From an uncultured Micromonosporaceae bacterium (GTDB lineage Bacteria > Actinomycetota > Actinomycetes > Mycobacteriales > Micromonosporaceae): 64,000 nt of DNA. Every line of letters starts with the position of its first letter. The first letter of the stretch is position 1. Positions 47,759-56,455 of this stretch are shown here, piece by piece. The position numbers and the translations under genes were made by a program. The stretch covers positions 27,276 to 91,275 of the forward strand of contig CAZYCD010000002.1 of assembly GCA_964645345.1 (NCBI GenBank). Direction: 5' to 3'. The notes beneath the pieces are model-generated. The model made no database searches and was not told the origin of the DNA. It saw only the letters and a program-made list of their open reading frames with translations.

Positions 47759-49417
47759 TCAGGCAGCGGCCCGGCGCGGGTGGCGGGTCGCCCGGCTGCC
47801 CCGGCTGGCCAGTACCGGATCCCAGCCGGCCGGCCGCTCAGGCAGCCGCGCGGTGTCGCCCAGCACCTTGCCCGCGTACGCCTCCGCGAGCAGCGGTTCA
47901 CCGGTGATCGCCGATGCGCAGCGCACCCCGCCGATCGTGGCGCCCACGATGCCGAAGCCGCTCTCCGTGCTCGCACCGACGAGGAACAGCCCCGGTACCG
48001 CCGTGTCGTGCGACGGCCGCCGACCGCCCGACTGGCGCGGCGTTGAGCCGATGCCGTACGGGAAGCCGCCGCTGGACCGGGCGTAGCGCAGCTGGGTCAT
48101 CGGCGTGGCCACCTCGCGGTGCAGTACCCGGCCGGCGAGCGGGCCCAGGGCCCGCTCCGCGATCGCGAACAGCGACTCCTCCAGCCGCGCCTTGCGGGCG
48201 AGGTACCGCTCGTCCCGCCGGTACCCGTAGTCCATTGTGGACTCGTCGCCGCCGTCCCAAGCGGCCCACTCCCGGGGGCAGAAGGTCATCACCTCGACGG
48301 TGTGGTGGTCGGCCCCGGTACCGCTCTTGGCCGAGCCGGAGCTGATGAAGCCCCACCTCGGCACGTCCATGTCGCCGGCGTGCAACTCCTCGAAGACCGC
48401 GTCGATGTCGTCGGTGTCGTACCACCAGATGTTCGTCGACAGCGGCGCGATGGCGCCCGGCTCCAGGGCCAGGTACAGGATGGCCAGCGGCAGGCCCATG
48501 GTGGACTGCTCGGCCCGCTGCGCGTAGGCAGCCGGGAAGTGCTCCGCGCCGACCAGGTCGCGTACCGTGCGCCGGTAGTCCGCGTTGGACACCACGACCG
48601 GGGCCCTCAGCACCCGGCCGTCGACCAGCCGCACGCCGCTCACGCCGGCGTCGGCGACCAGGATCCGCTCGACCAGGCTGCGGGTGCGCACCTCGCCGCC
48701 GTGCGCCTCGATCGCCTCGATCAGGGTGGCGGCGAACACCTGCCCGCCGCCCTCCGGGTAGTAGGCGCCCGACAGGTAGCTGCCCAGCACGGTGGCGTGC
48801 GCGGAGACCGACACGTCGGTCGGGCCGAGGCCGTAGTTGCCCGCCTGGGCGGCCAGCAGCGTGCGGGTGCGCGCCGACAGCCCGGCCTTGCGCATCGCCA
48901 CGTCTATTGTGGACAGTGCGCGCAGCGGCAGCTGCCCGGCGACGGGGCGGGGGCTGGGATCGAGCGAACCGAGCAGCAGCCGGCGCAGCCGCCCGTAGAC
49001 GCCCGCGCACAGGTCCACGAACTCGCGGATGCCCTCGGCCTCGTCCGGCGCGATGGCGGTCAGGCGCTCGCGGTAGGCGTCCCACCCGACCGGTACCCGC
49101 AGGTCCGCGGTGGGCAGCACGATCCGGTCGAAGCCGTCCGGGTCCATTTCCCGGAAGGTGATCCGGTCGGCGAGCCCGAGCCCCTCGTAGACGCGGCGCA
49201 CCACCCCGTAGGGTCCGCAGTCGCCGACGTAGTGGGTGCCGACGTCGAACTCGAACCGGCCCCGCCGGCGGAACACCTGCGCGTTGCCGCCGGCGATGGT
49301 GTGCTGCTCCAGGACGAGCACCCGGTGCCCGGTGACGGCGAGGTACGCGGCGCAGGTGAGGCCACCCTGGCCGCCCCCCACCACGATCGCGTCGAACTGT
49401 TCGGTGGTCACGGCCAA
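47759..49417 (-). CDS. FAD-dependent oxidoreductase, phytoene desaturase/CrtI-like family
   Basis: DAIVVGGGQGG...VLVLEQ...GG, FDVGTHY, YPEGG, VVSNAD, ATP and GLFLVGAS motifs. Confidence 0.88.
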   Translation of the reverse strand: MAVTTEQFDAIVVGGGQGGLTCAAYLAVTGHRVLVLEQHTIAGGNAQVFRRRGRFEFDVGTHYVGDCGPYGVVRRVYEGLGLADRITFREMDPDGFDRIVLPTADLRVPVGWDAYRERLTAIAPDEAEGIREFVDLCAGVYGRLRRLLLGSLDPSPRPVAGQLPLRALSTIDVAMRKAGLSARTRTLLAAQAGNYGLGPTDVSVSAHATVLGSYLSGAYYPEGGGQVFAATLIEAIEAHGGEVRTRSLVERILVADAGVSGVRLVDGRVLRAPVVVSNADYRRTVRDLVGAEHFPAAYAQRAEQSTMGLPLAILYLALEPGAIAPLSTNIWWYDTDDIDAVFEELHAGDMDVPRWGFISSGSAKSGTGADHHTVEVMTFCPREWAAWDGGDESTMDYGYRRDERYLARKARLEESLFAIAERALGPLAGRVLHREVATPMTQLRYARSSGGFPYGIGSTPRQSGGRRPSHDTAVPGLFLVGASTESGFGIVGATIGGVRCASAITGEPLLAEAYAGKVLGDTARLPERPAGWDPVLASRGSRATRHPRRAAA

Positions 49418-49458
49418 GGACCTGCTTCCTGCTGCGCCTATGCGCCTCCCCGACCGGA

Positions 49459-49490
49459 AGTCTGTAGCGGCCGCCTATATATTTCCTCTA
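49459..49490 (-). promoter_or_regulatory. SARP-type promoter of the FAD oxidoreductase
   Basis: Minus strand reads TAGAGGA-aata-TATAGGC, 8 nt, -10 CAGACT. Confidence 0.68.
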
Positions 49491-49504
49491 CGGCGGGTCG
49501 GGAC

Positions 49505-50557
49505 CTACCCTTGGGGGTCTCGCGGGTACCAGCGCAGCGGCGCGTCCCCGGAGTTCCGGACCTCACCTCGGCCCTCCAGCAGCACCAGGTGCGCGAGCGT
49601 CTCGGCCATCGCCAACTGCCGCCCCACCCCGTCGATCCCGCTCCACGGCCGCGACCACGGCAGCACCCGCGCCAGGTCCCACGCGGTGCGCCCGGGCGCC
49701 TCGCGGACCGCCGCGTGCACCTGCGCGATGCGGCGCGCGTGGTGCCGCGCGATGCCCGCGACCCGCTCGGGCAGCCCCCGGAACCGGTACTCGTGGGCGG
49801 GCAGCACCTCGTCCACGTCGTACCGGTCGAGCCGGTCCAGCGAGCGCAGGAAGTCGGTCAGCGGGTCGCCGGCCGACCGGGAGAACACCGCGATCTGCGG
49901 CGTAATCCTGGGCAGCACGTGGTCCCCGGAGAACAGCAGCCGCCGGTCGGCCTCGTAGAAGCAGCTGTGACCGGGGCTGTGCCCGGGCGTCCACACCACC
50001 CGCAGGCTGTGCCCGGGTACCTTGACCGTCTCGCCGTCCTCGAGCAGCACGTCCGGCGCCGGCGTACCGGTGAACCGGTCGACCTCTGTGCGCTCCACGA
50101 TGCGGCGCACTTCGGCGTCCGGCGCGCCGTGCCGTTCGAGGTGCCGGCGCAGCCCGTCGACCAGCCGCCCGGAGTGCCGGCCGAGGTCCGTCGCGGCCTG
50201 CGCGTCCAGCCGGTGCAGCGCGATCCAGGCGCCCGAGCCGGACCGGACGCGGCCGGCGAGCCCCAGGTGGTCGGCGTGGAAGTGGGTCACCAGCACGGCG
50301 CGCACGTCGGAAATCCGGGCGCCGATCGCGGCGAGGCCGCCGATCAGCGCCTGCCAGGAGGCGTCGTCGTCCCAGCCGGCGTCGACCAGTACCAGCCCGT
50401 CGTCGGACTCCAGCGCGTACACCAGGACGTACCGCAGCGGGTTGTCCGGGATCGGTACCGGCACGGACCACAGCCCGTCGCGTACCTTCTCGACCGGTGG
50501 CAGTACCCCGGCCTGCCAGGCGTCCCACTGCTGCGCACCGGTGATCTCGATGGTCAT
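49505..50557 (-). CDS. MBL-fold metallo-hydrolase
   Basis: LVDAG, THFHADHLG, TPGHSPGH, FSGDHVL and LPAH motifs; ATGA overlap with the CoA-transferase. Confidence 0.9.
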   Translation of the reverse strand: MTIEITGAQQWDAWQAGVLPPVEKVRDGLWSVPVPIPDNPLRYVLVYALESDDGLVLVDAGWDDDASWQALIGGLAAIGARISDVRAVLVTHFHADHLGLAGRVRSGSGAWIALHRLDAQAATDLGRHSGRLVDGLRRHLERHGAPDAEVRRIVERTEVDRFTGTPAPDVLLEDGETVKVPGHSLRVVWTPGHSPGHSCFYEADRRLLFSGDHVLPRITPQIAVFSRSAGDPLTDFLRSLDRLDRYDVDEVLPAHEYRFRGLPERVAGIARHHARRIAQVHAAVREAPGRTAWDLARVLPWSRPWSGIDGVGRQLAMAETLAHLVLLEGRGEVRNSGDAPLRWYPRDPQG

Positions 50558-51651
50558 CCGGCCCCGATCTCCGCCAGTACCTCCGCCGTGTGCGCGCCGA
50601 TGACCGGGGCCGGCCCCGGCGCCCCCGCCGGGGTACCCGAGAACCGCGGCGCGGTACCCGGGCGTGGATGCCCCTGACTGTCCACTGTGTACGTTCCGCG
50701 CGCCGTGTTGTGCGGGTGCGCGGCCGCCTCGGCGAAGTCGAGTACCGGCGTCAGGCAGCCGCCCTGGCCGTCGAAGCGCCGGGTCCACTCGTCGCGGTCG
50801 TGCCCCGCGAAGACCTCGGCCAGCCGCGCGCCCATCGCCGGCCACGCCGCGGTGTCGAACTGGTCGGCGAACAGCGGGTCGCCGGACAGCCCCAGCACCC
50901 GCAGCGCGTTGGCGTAGAACGGCGGCTCGATGCAGCCGAGCGCCACGTACCCGCCGCCCGCGCACCGGTACGTCCGGTAGAACGGCGCGCCGCCGTCGAG
51001 CACGTTGGTACCGCGCCGGTCGCTCCACCGCCCGGTGGCCAGCAGGCCGTGTACGAGGGCGAGCTGGAGCGCGGCGCCGTCGGTCATCGCCGCGTCCACC
51101 ACCTGACCCCGGCCGGTCTGCCGCGCATGCACCAGGGCGGCGCAGATGCCCAGCGCCAGCAGCAGGCCGCCGCCGCCCATGTCGCCCAGCAGGTTCAGTG
51201 GCACGACCGGATCGCCGCCGGCCGGGCCGATCGCCCCCAGCGCGCCGGCCAGCGCGATGTAGTTGATGTCGTGCCCCGGCTCTCGGCTCAGCGGCCCGTC
51301 CTGCCCCCAGCCGGTCACGCGGCCGTAGACCAGCCGGGGATTGTCCGCGAGGCAGTCGTCCGGGCCGAGCCCGAGCCGCTCGGTCACGCCCGGCCGGAAT
51401 CCCTCCACGAGCGCGTCGGCGCTGGCGATCAGCCGGCGCGCGACGGCGGCGCCGGCCGGGTCCTTGAGGTCGAGCACGACCGAGCGCCGGCCCCGGTGCA
51501 GGATCGGGTGCTCGCTCTCGCGGCCCGCCTCCTCCGGCCGGTCGACCCGGATGACGTCGGCGCCGAGGTCGGCCAGCAGCATGCCGCAGAACGGCCCCGG
51601 GCCGATGCCGCCCAGTTCCACGACCCGGATCCCGGCCAGCGGCCCGGTCAC
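50554..51651 (-). CDS. CaiB/BaiF CoA-transferase (alpha-methylacyl-CoA racemase-like)
   Basis: GPLAGIRVVELGGIGPGPF, EGFRPGV.ERLGLGP, GHDINY and DGGAPFY motifs. Confidence 0.92.
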   Translation of the reverse strand: MTGPLAGIRVVELGGIGPGPFCGMLLADLGADVIRVDRPEEAGRESEHPILHRGRRSVVLDLKDPAGAAVARRLIASADALVEGFRPGVTERLGLGPDDCLADNPRLVYGRVTGWGQDGPLSREPGHDINYIALAGALGAIGPAGGDPVVPLNLLGDMGGGGLLLALGICAALVHARQTGRGQVVDAAMTDGAALQLALVHGLLATGRWSDRRGTNVLDGGAPFYRTYRCAGGGYVALGCIEPPFYANALRVLGLSGDPLFADQFDTAAWPAMGARLAEVFAGHDRDEWTRRFDGQGGCLTPVLDFAEAAAHPHNTARGTYTVDSQGHPRPGTAPRFSGTPAGAPGPAPVIGAHTAEVLAEIGAG

Positions 51652-52031
51652 CGGCCGACCTCGACGACCGCCGAACCCTGCAGCGTCACCGTGCCGTCGG
51701 GCAGCGTCACCGTCAGGTCGAGGTGCGCGCGGCCGTCCTCGATCCTGGTCACCGTGCCCCGGCACGACGGTTGCGAGTTGACCGGCGTGATCGCGGAGAA
51801 CCGCACGGTGTAGGACCGGATCCGCTCCTGCGGTACCCAGCCGGTCAGCAGCCGGCCGAGGTAGGCCATGGAGAGCATGCCGTGCGCGAAGACGTCCGGG
51901 ATGCCGACCGCGTGACAGGCGTCGATGTCGATGTGCACCGGGTTGTGGTCGCCCGAGGCGCCGGCGTACAGCGCCAGCACGGTGCGGGTGATGCGCGGCG
52001 CGTCGAGCGTCACGGTGTCGCCGACCTTCAC
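51648..52031 (-). CDS. MaoC-family (R)-specific enoyl-CoA hydratase
   Basis: YAGASGDHNPVHID and AHGML hydratase motifs; GTGA overlaps. Confidence 0.9.
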   Translation of the reverse strand: MKVGDTVTLDAPRITRTVLALYAGASGDHNPVHIDIDACHAVGIPDVFAHGMLSMAYLGRLLTGWVPQERIRSYTVRFSAITPVNSQPSCRGTVTRIEDGRAHLDLTVTLPDGTVTLQGSAVVEVGR

Positions 52032-52483
52032 GCGGACTCCCCGACCCGGCGCAGCACAACCGTGGCGGCCAGCCGGGCGACCGGACCGCCGTCGCGGGTG
52101 ACGTCCGTGGTGCGCTCGACGAAGGTCAGCGCACCGTTCTTCTTCTGGTACACGTCGGTGATGCTGCTGGCGAACGTCAACCGGTCGCCCGCGTACGCCA
52201 TCGCGTGGTAGTCGAACGACTGTCCACCGTGGAGGATCGTGCGCAGGTCGACGCCCAGCTCCGCGACGAAGTCCCACGGGTCGGGCCGCTCCATCTCGAG
52301 GCAGAACAGGAACGTCGGCGGTACCGGCAGGTCCGGGTGGCCGGCCGCGCGGGCCGCCCCGACGTCGGTGTAGGCGGGGTCGGACTGCCCGGTCGCCCGG
52401 GCGAAGAACCGCAGCCGGCCACGCTCCACCTCGACCGTGTGCTGGGCGAACCGCCGGCCGACGACGGACGCGTCCACGCTCAT
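52028..52483 (-). CDS. MaoC N-terminal-type hotdog-fold protein
   Basis: VERGRLRFFARATG, VPPTF and LHGGQSFDY motifs. Confidence 0.88.
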   Translation of the reverse strand: MSVDASVVGRRFAQHTVEVERGRLRFFARATGQSDPAYTDVGAARAAGHPDLPVPPTFLFCLEMERPDPWDFVAELGVDLRTILHGGQSFDYHAMAYAGDRLTFASSITDVYQKKNGALTFVERTTDVTRDGGPVARLAATVVLRRVGESA

Positions 52484-52499
52484 CGGACCTCCCGTACCG

Positions 52500-52554
52500 G
52501 CATTAATGCTCCTTCACTTTTCTCCCGGGTACGCCTGGATGTCAAGGCATTGAC
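52500..52554. promoter_or_regulatory. Candidate TetR operators in the divergent promoter
   Basis: Perfect palindrome GCATTAATGC (52500-52509) and GTCAA-ggca-TTGAC (52541-52554). Confidence 0.4.
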
Positions 52555-52599
52555 GCCCGATGTGGAGGTGACCACACGTTAGCTTGCTAGGCTGGCCGG

Positions 52600-53784
52600 A
52601 TGGTGGGCGAGGCGGTGACCGCGGCGCGGGCGCCCGCTGCCCGGACCCGGCCCCGCAACCGCAAGGCGCTGATCGTCGACGCCGCCGTCGTGCTGTTCCA
52701 CCGCGACGGCTACCACCGGGTGGCCATGGAGGACATCGCGTCCGCGGTCGGCATCACGGCCGGCGCGCTGTACCGGCACTTCTCCGGCAAGCAGGATCTG
52801 CTGTGCGCCGCCGTCCTCGCGGTCATCGACGACTACCTCGCGGTCGCGGGCGGGGCCGCGCCGGACGGGCTGGACGCGGTGCTGCGCGCCCTGGCCCACC
52901 GGGCCGTCGAGCGGCGTGACCGTGGTCCGCTGTGGCACCGGCACGCCCGCGACCTGTCGAGCGACCAGCGCGCGCGGGTCCGGCGCCGGCTGCGGCTGCT
53001 GGCCGGCCGGCTGGAGGCTCCGCTGCGGGCGGCCCGGCCCGAGCTGACGCCCTCCGACGCCGACCTGTTGACCTGGGCGGTGCTCGCCGTCCTCGGCAGC
53101 CCCACCGAGCACAGCGTGGTGCTGGCCCGGCCCCGGATGGCGGAGCTCCTGGTCCGGGTCGCCACGGCCGTGTCCGGCACGCCCCGGTTGCCGTCCCCCG
53201 GCCCCGCGCCCGTACCGGCGCCCCGCCGCCCGGCGGCGGCCGCCCCGGCCTCGCGGCGCGAGGTCCTGCTGGTCACCGCCGGCCAGCTGTTCGCGGAGAG
53301 CGGGTTCGACGCGGTGACCATGGAGGCGATCGGGGCGGCGGCCGGGATCTCCGGACCGGCGGTCTACAACCACTTCGCCAGCAAGGGCGAACTGCTGCTG
53401 GCGGTCCTCGACCGGGGCCGCGAGACGCTGCGGTTCGGGCTTTCCCAGGCGCTGGCCGGCGCCGGCCCGCCGGCCGCCGCGCTCGAGCCGGTGGTCCGCT
53501 CCTACGTGCGGCCGGCGCTGCGCCCGGACGGCCTGCCCGGGCTGCTGTTCGGCGAGGCGCACCGGCTGTCCGAGCAGCAGCGGCACGCGGCCCGCAGGGT
53601 GCAGCGCGACTACCTCGACGAGTGGGCGCGGCTGCTGCCGGTCGGCCAGGTCGAGGGACGGGTCGTCGTGCACGCGGCCGTCGCGCTGATCAACAACCTG
53701 GTGCTGATCCCGCACCTGCGCGCCCGCCCGGCGATCGAGGACGAGATCGTCGGGCTCGCCGTGGACGCGCTGCGAGCCGCCTGA
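52600..53784 (+). CDS. Tandem (double) TetR/AcrR-family regulator
   Basis: Two HTH motifs: IASAVGITAGALYRHFSGKQDLL and IGAAAGISGPAVYNHFASKGELL. Confidence 0.9.
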   Translation: MVGEAVTAARAPAARTRPRNRKALIVDAAVVLFHRDGYHRVAMEDIASAVGITAGALYRHFSGKQDLLCAAVLAVIDDYLAVAGGAAPDGLDAVLRALAHRAVERRDRGPLWHRHARDLSSDQRARVRRRLRLLAGRLEAPLRAARPELTPSDADLLTWAVLAVLGSPTEHSVVLARPRMAELLVRVATAVSGTPRLPSPGPAPVPAPRRPAAAAPASRREVLLVTAGQLFAESGFDAVTMEAIGAAAGISGPAVYNHFASKGELLLAVLDRGRETLRFGLSQALAGAGPPAAALEPVVRSYVRPALRPDGLPGLLFGEAHRLSEQQRHAARRVQRDYLDEWARLLPVGQVEGRVVVHAAVALINNLVLIPHLRARPAIEDEIVGLAVDALRAA

Positions 53785-53787
53785 GGC

Positions 53788-55056
53788 TCACTCGGCCGCC
53801 CGGCGCAGGAACAGCTCGCGCTCGGCCGCGTTGCGGGTCAGCCCGGCGGCCCGGCTGAACTCCCGCCGCGCCGCCTCGCCGCGCCCGAGCCTGGCCAGCA
53901 GGTCCGCGTACACGGCCGGCAACTGCGGGTACCCGTCGAGGGTCGGGTCGGCCAGCAGCGGCTCGACCAGCCGCAGCCCGGCCTCGGGGCCGAGCGCCAT
54001 CCCGACCGCGACCGCGCGGTTGAGCTCCACCACCGGCGACGGCGAGACCCGGGCGAGTACCGCGTAGATCGCGGCGACCTCGGCCCAGTCCGTCTCCCCG
54101 GCCGTCAATGCCCGGGCATGGCACGCCGCGATCGCCGCCTGCAGGGTGTACGGCAGGTACGCGCCGCCCAGCTCCTGTGCCCGCTCCAGGGCGGCCAGCC
54201 CCCGCCGGATGAGCAGCCGGTCCCACAGCCGCCGGTCCTGGTCGAGCAGCAGGACCGGTTCGCCGTCCGGACCGGTACGGGCGCGCATCCGGGATGCCTG
54301 GATCTCCATCAGGGCGGCCAGGCCGTGCACCTCCGGCTGGTCGGGCAGGATGCCGGCGAGCACGCGACCCAGCCGCAGCGCCTCCTCCGCCAGCGCGGGG
54401 CGCATCCAGTCGCCTCCGGCGGTCGCGGTGTACCCCTCGTTGAAGATCAGATAGATGACCTCCAGTACCGAGCCCAGCCGGTCGGCCATCTGCTCCGGTC
54501 GCGGAAGCTCGACCGCCACGCCCCGGGCGGCCAGCGTGCGCTTCGCGCGGGAGATGCGCTGGCCGACGGTCGGCTCGGGTACCAGCAGCCCCCTGGCGAT
54601 CTCGGCGGTGGACAGGCCGCCCAGCAGCCGAAGGGTCAGCGACACCCGGGCCTCGGTGGTGAGCACCGGGTGGCACGTGGTGAAGATGAGCCTCAGCAGA
54701 TCGTCGTCGATGTGCCCGTCCAGCGCGGCGATCAGCTCCTCGGTACCGTCGCCGCCGACCTCGCGCTCCGTCTGCTCGCGGCCCAGTTCGGCGAGCTTGT
54801 CCGCGTACCGGCCGCGGCGGCGCACCAGGTCGATGGCCCGGTGCTTGGCGGTCGCGGTCAGCCAGGCGGCCGGGTTGGCCGGTACCCCCGCCTCCGGCCA
54901 CTGCTCCAGCGCGATCACCAGGGCGTCCTGGGCCAGCTCCTCGGCCAGCCCGACGTCCTGTACCAGCCGGGCCAGGCCGGCGATGAGCTTCGGCGACTCG
55001 ATGCGCCACACGGCCTCGACGGCCCGGCGGGCGGCCTCGGTGCGCGGCTCGGTCAC
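53788..55056 (-). CDS. ECF sigma factor with C-terminal TPR-like extension (ECF42-type)
   Basis: AEELAQDA, DDLLRLIFTTCHP, YLIFNEGY, LLDQDRRLWD and SPVVELNRAVA motifs; downstream of a DGPF gene. Confidence 0.88.
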   Translation of the reverse strand: MTEPRTEAARRAVEAVWRIESPKLIAGLARLVQDVGLAEELAQDALVIALEQWPEAGVPANPAAWLTATAKHRAIDLVRRRGRYADKLAELGREQTEREVGGDGTEELIAALDGHIDDDLLRLIFTTCHPVLTTEARVSLTLRLLGGLSTAEIARGLLVPEPTVGQRISRAKRTLAARGVAVELPRPEQMADRLGSVLEVIYLIFNEGYTATAGGDWMRPALAEEALRLGRVLAGILPDQPEVHGLAALMEIQASRMRARTGPDGEPVLLLDQDRRLWDRLLIRRGLAALERAQELGGAYLPYTLQAAIAACHARALTAGETDWAEVAAIYAVLARVSPSPVVELNRAVAVGMALGPEAGLRLVEPLLADPTLDGYPQLPAVYADLLARLGRGEAARREFSRAAGLTRNAAERELFLRRAAE

Positions 55057-55163
55057 GCACCCGATCCAACCACGCCGCGTAGCTTGTCGGAGCGCCGTCA
55101 GGCGGCGCCCACTCGCGGCCGGGGCCGGCCCTCGCGGACCGACCCCGGCGGGCGTGTGGAACG

Positions 55164-55547
55164 TCAGGCCGACGGCATGCCGTCCGGCGCGAAATCCTCC
55201 GGTCCGAACACCCGCAGCACCTTCGCCTCGCCCTCCCAGCCCGGCCACGTCTCCTGGTGCAGGCGGACGAAGCGGGACGTCCACTCGACCGCCTCCTCCT
55301 TGGACCGCACCTGGTAGAGCGCGTAACTGATCATCTCCTTGGCCTCGGCGAACGGGCCGTCGGTGACGGTCAGCCGGCCGCCGACGACACCGACCATGGC
55401 GCCGGCCGCGCTGGGCGCCAGGCCCGCCGTGTCCAGCAGCGCGCCGGCCTGGGTGGCCTCCGCGCCGAGCCGCATGATCCCCTCCATCAGCTCCGCGGGC
55501 GGCGGGCCGTCGGGCTGGGCCGCCTGGAGCAGTACCAGATAACGCAT
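55164..55547 (-). CDS. YCII-related DGPF protein
   Basis: VTDGPFAEAKE motif; AGGAG RBS. Confidence 0.9.
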   Translation of the reverse strand: MRYLVLLQAAQPDGPPPAELMEGIMRLGAEATQAGALLDTAGLAPSAAGAMVGVVGGRLTVTDGPFAEAKEMISYALYQVRSKEEAVEWTSRFVRLHQETWPGWEGEAKVLRVFGPEDFAPDGMPSA

Positions 55548-55573
55548 CGTCGTCTCCTGTCTCTGTCGATTCC

Positions 55574-56266
55574 TCAGTTGGCGGACCGGTAGTAGCGCAC
55601 GGACACGGCCGAGACCCAGGCCCAGGCGAGCAGGACCGAGCCGGTGAAGGCCAGGTTGATGGCGACGCTGGCGGAGCCGGAGGCGACCCCGGCGAAACCG
55701 GCCAGGAAGACCACGCCGGTACCCAGCGAGTAGGCCGCCCATCCGCGCCGGCCCTCGGCGGACAGCCGCCGGTACAGCACGACGCACGCGGCGATCAGGC
55801 AACCGAAGCCGATCATCGCCGTCACCAGATGCAGCATGCCATGCCAGCTCACCGCCCCCGGCCCGTCAGGGGTACCGGCCGGGAAGCCCCGCGCCGGGTC
55901 GGCCCGGAAGATGCCGGCGCCCACCAGGCCCAGCCCGTACCCGGCCAGCAGGCGCGGTACCCACCGGGAGCCCTGGCCGCCCGGCGTGGCCAGGGCGCGG
56001 CGCAGCCCGGCGGCCGTGGCGAGGACCATCAGCCCGGCGAGGATGAAGTTGGCGACCTGGATCCAGCCCAGGTGCCCGTCGGCCAGCAGGCTCCACTCGT
56101 GCCGGCGCAGGTCGAAGCCGTCCCGGGTCAGCGCCTGGGCCACGGATGCGGCGACCCACACCGGGCCGGCGATCACGCCGTACCCGAGCAGGGACTTCGT
56201 CACCCGGGTGGCCGGGTCGCACCCGGTACCGGCCGCGCCGTCGCGGGTCAGAATGTTCTGCGTCAT
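55574..56266 (-). CDS. DUF998-like membrane protein
   Basis: Multiple TM helices; RDGFDLRRH.WS.L, GWIQ..NF, ADP..GFP.GTP and HGMLH motifs. Confidence 0.78.
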   Translation of the reverse strand: MTQNILTRDGAAGTGCDPATRVTKSLLGYGVIAGPVWVAASVAQALTRDGFDLRRHEWSLLADGHLGWIQVANFILAGLMVLATAAGLRRALATPGGQGSRWVPRLLAGYGLGLVGAGIFRADPARGFPAGTPDGPGAVSWHGMLHLVTAMIGFGCLIAACVVLYRRLSAEGRRGWAAYSLGTGVVFLAGFAGVASGSASVAINLAFTGSVLLAWAWVSAVSVRYYRSAN

Positions 56267-56309
56267 CGTTGCTCTCCGTTCGAGGTTTAGGTAGCCCGTC
56301 ACCCCCTCC

Positions 56310-56335
56310 TCGAACGGCCCCGCGCGATTTCGACA
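56310..56335 (-). promoter_or_regulatory. Candidate ECF42 promoter (-35 TGTCGA, -10 CGA)
   Basis: Minus strand TGTCGA-N17-CGA upstream of the DUF998-DGPF-sigma operon. Confidence 0.55.
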
Positions 56336-56455
56336 CGGCCCGCGGAAAATCTTGACCGGGCGGCCACCGGGCGGCACAGAGTAGGGATTGTCGATCTCGA
56401 CACCGGAGGTTACCCGGCCGTAGGGTCGCGGGTGAGCGACTCAAAGGGGAGCCTC

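Noticed and set aside
49505-50557. MBL-fold gene as a beta-lactam resistance gene
   Set aside because: No signal peptide, has a C-terminal extension, and sits in an acyl-CoA metabolism operon; looks like a generic hydrolase
48119-50677. 852-aa plus-strand ORF
   Set aside because: Antisense shadow of the oxidoreductase and MBL genes
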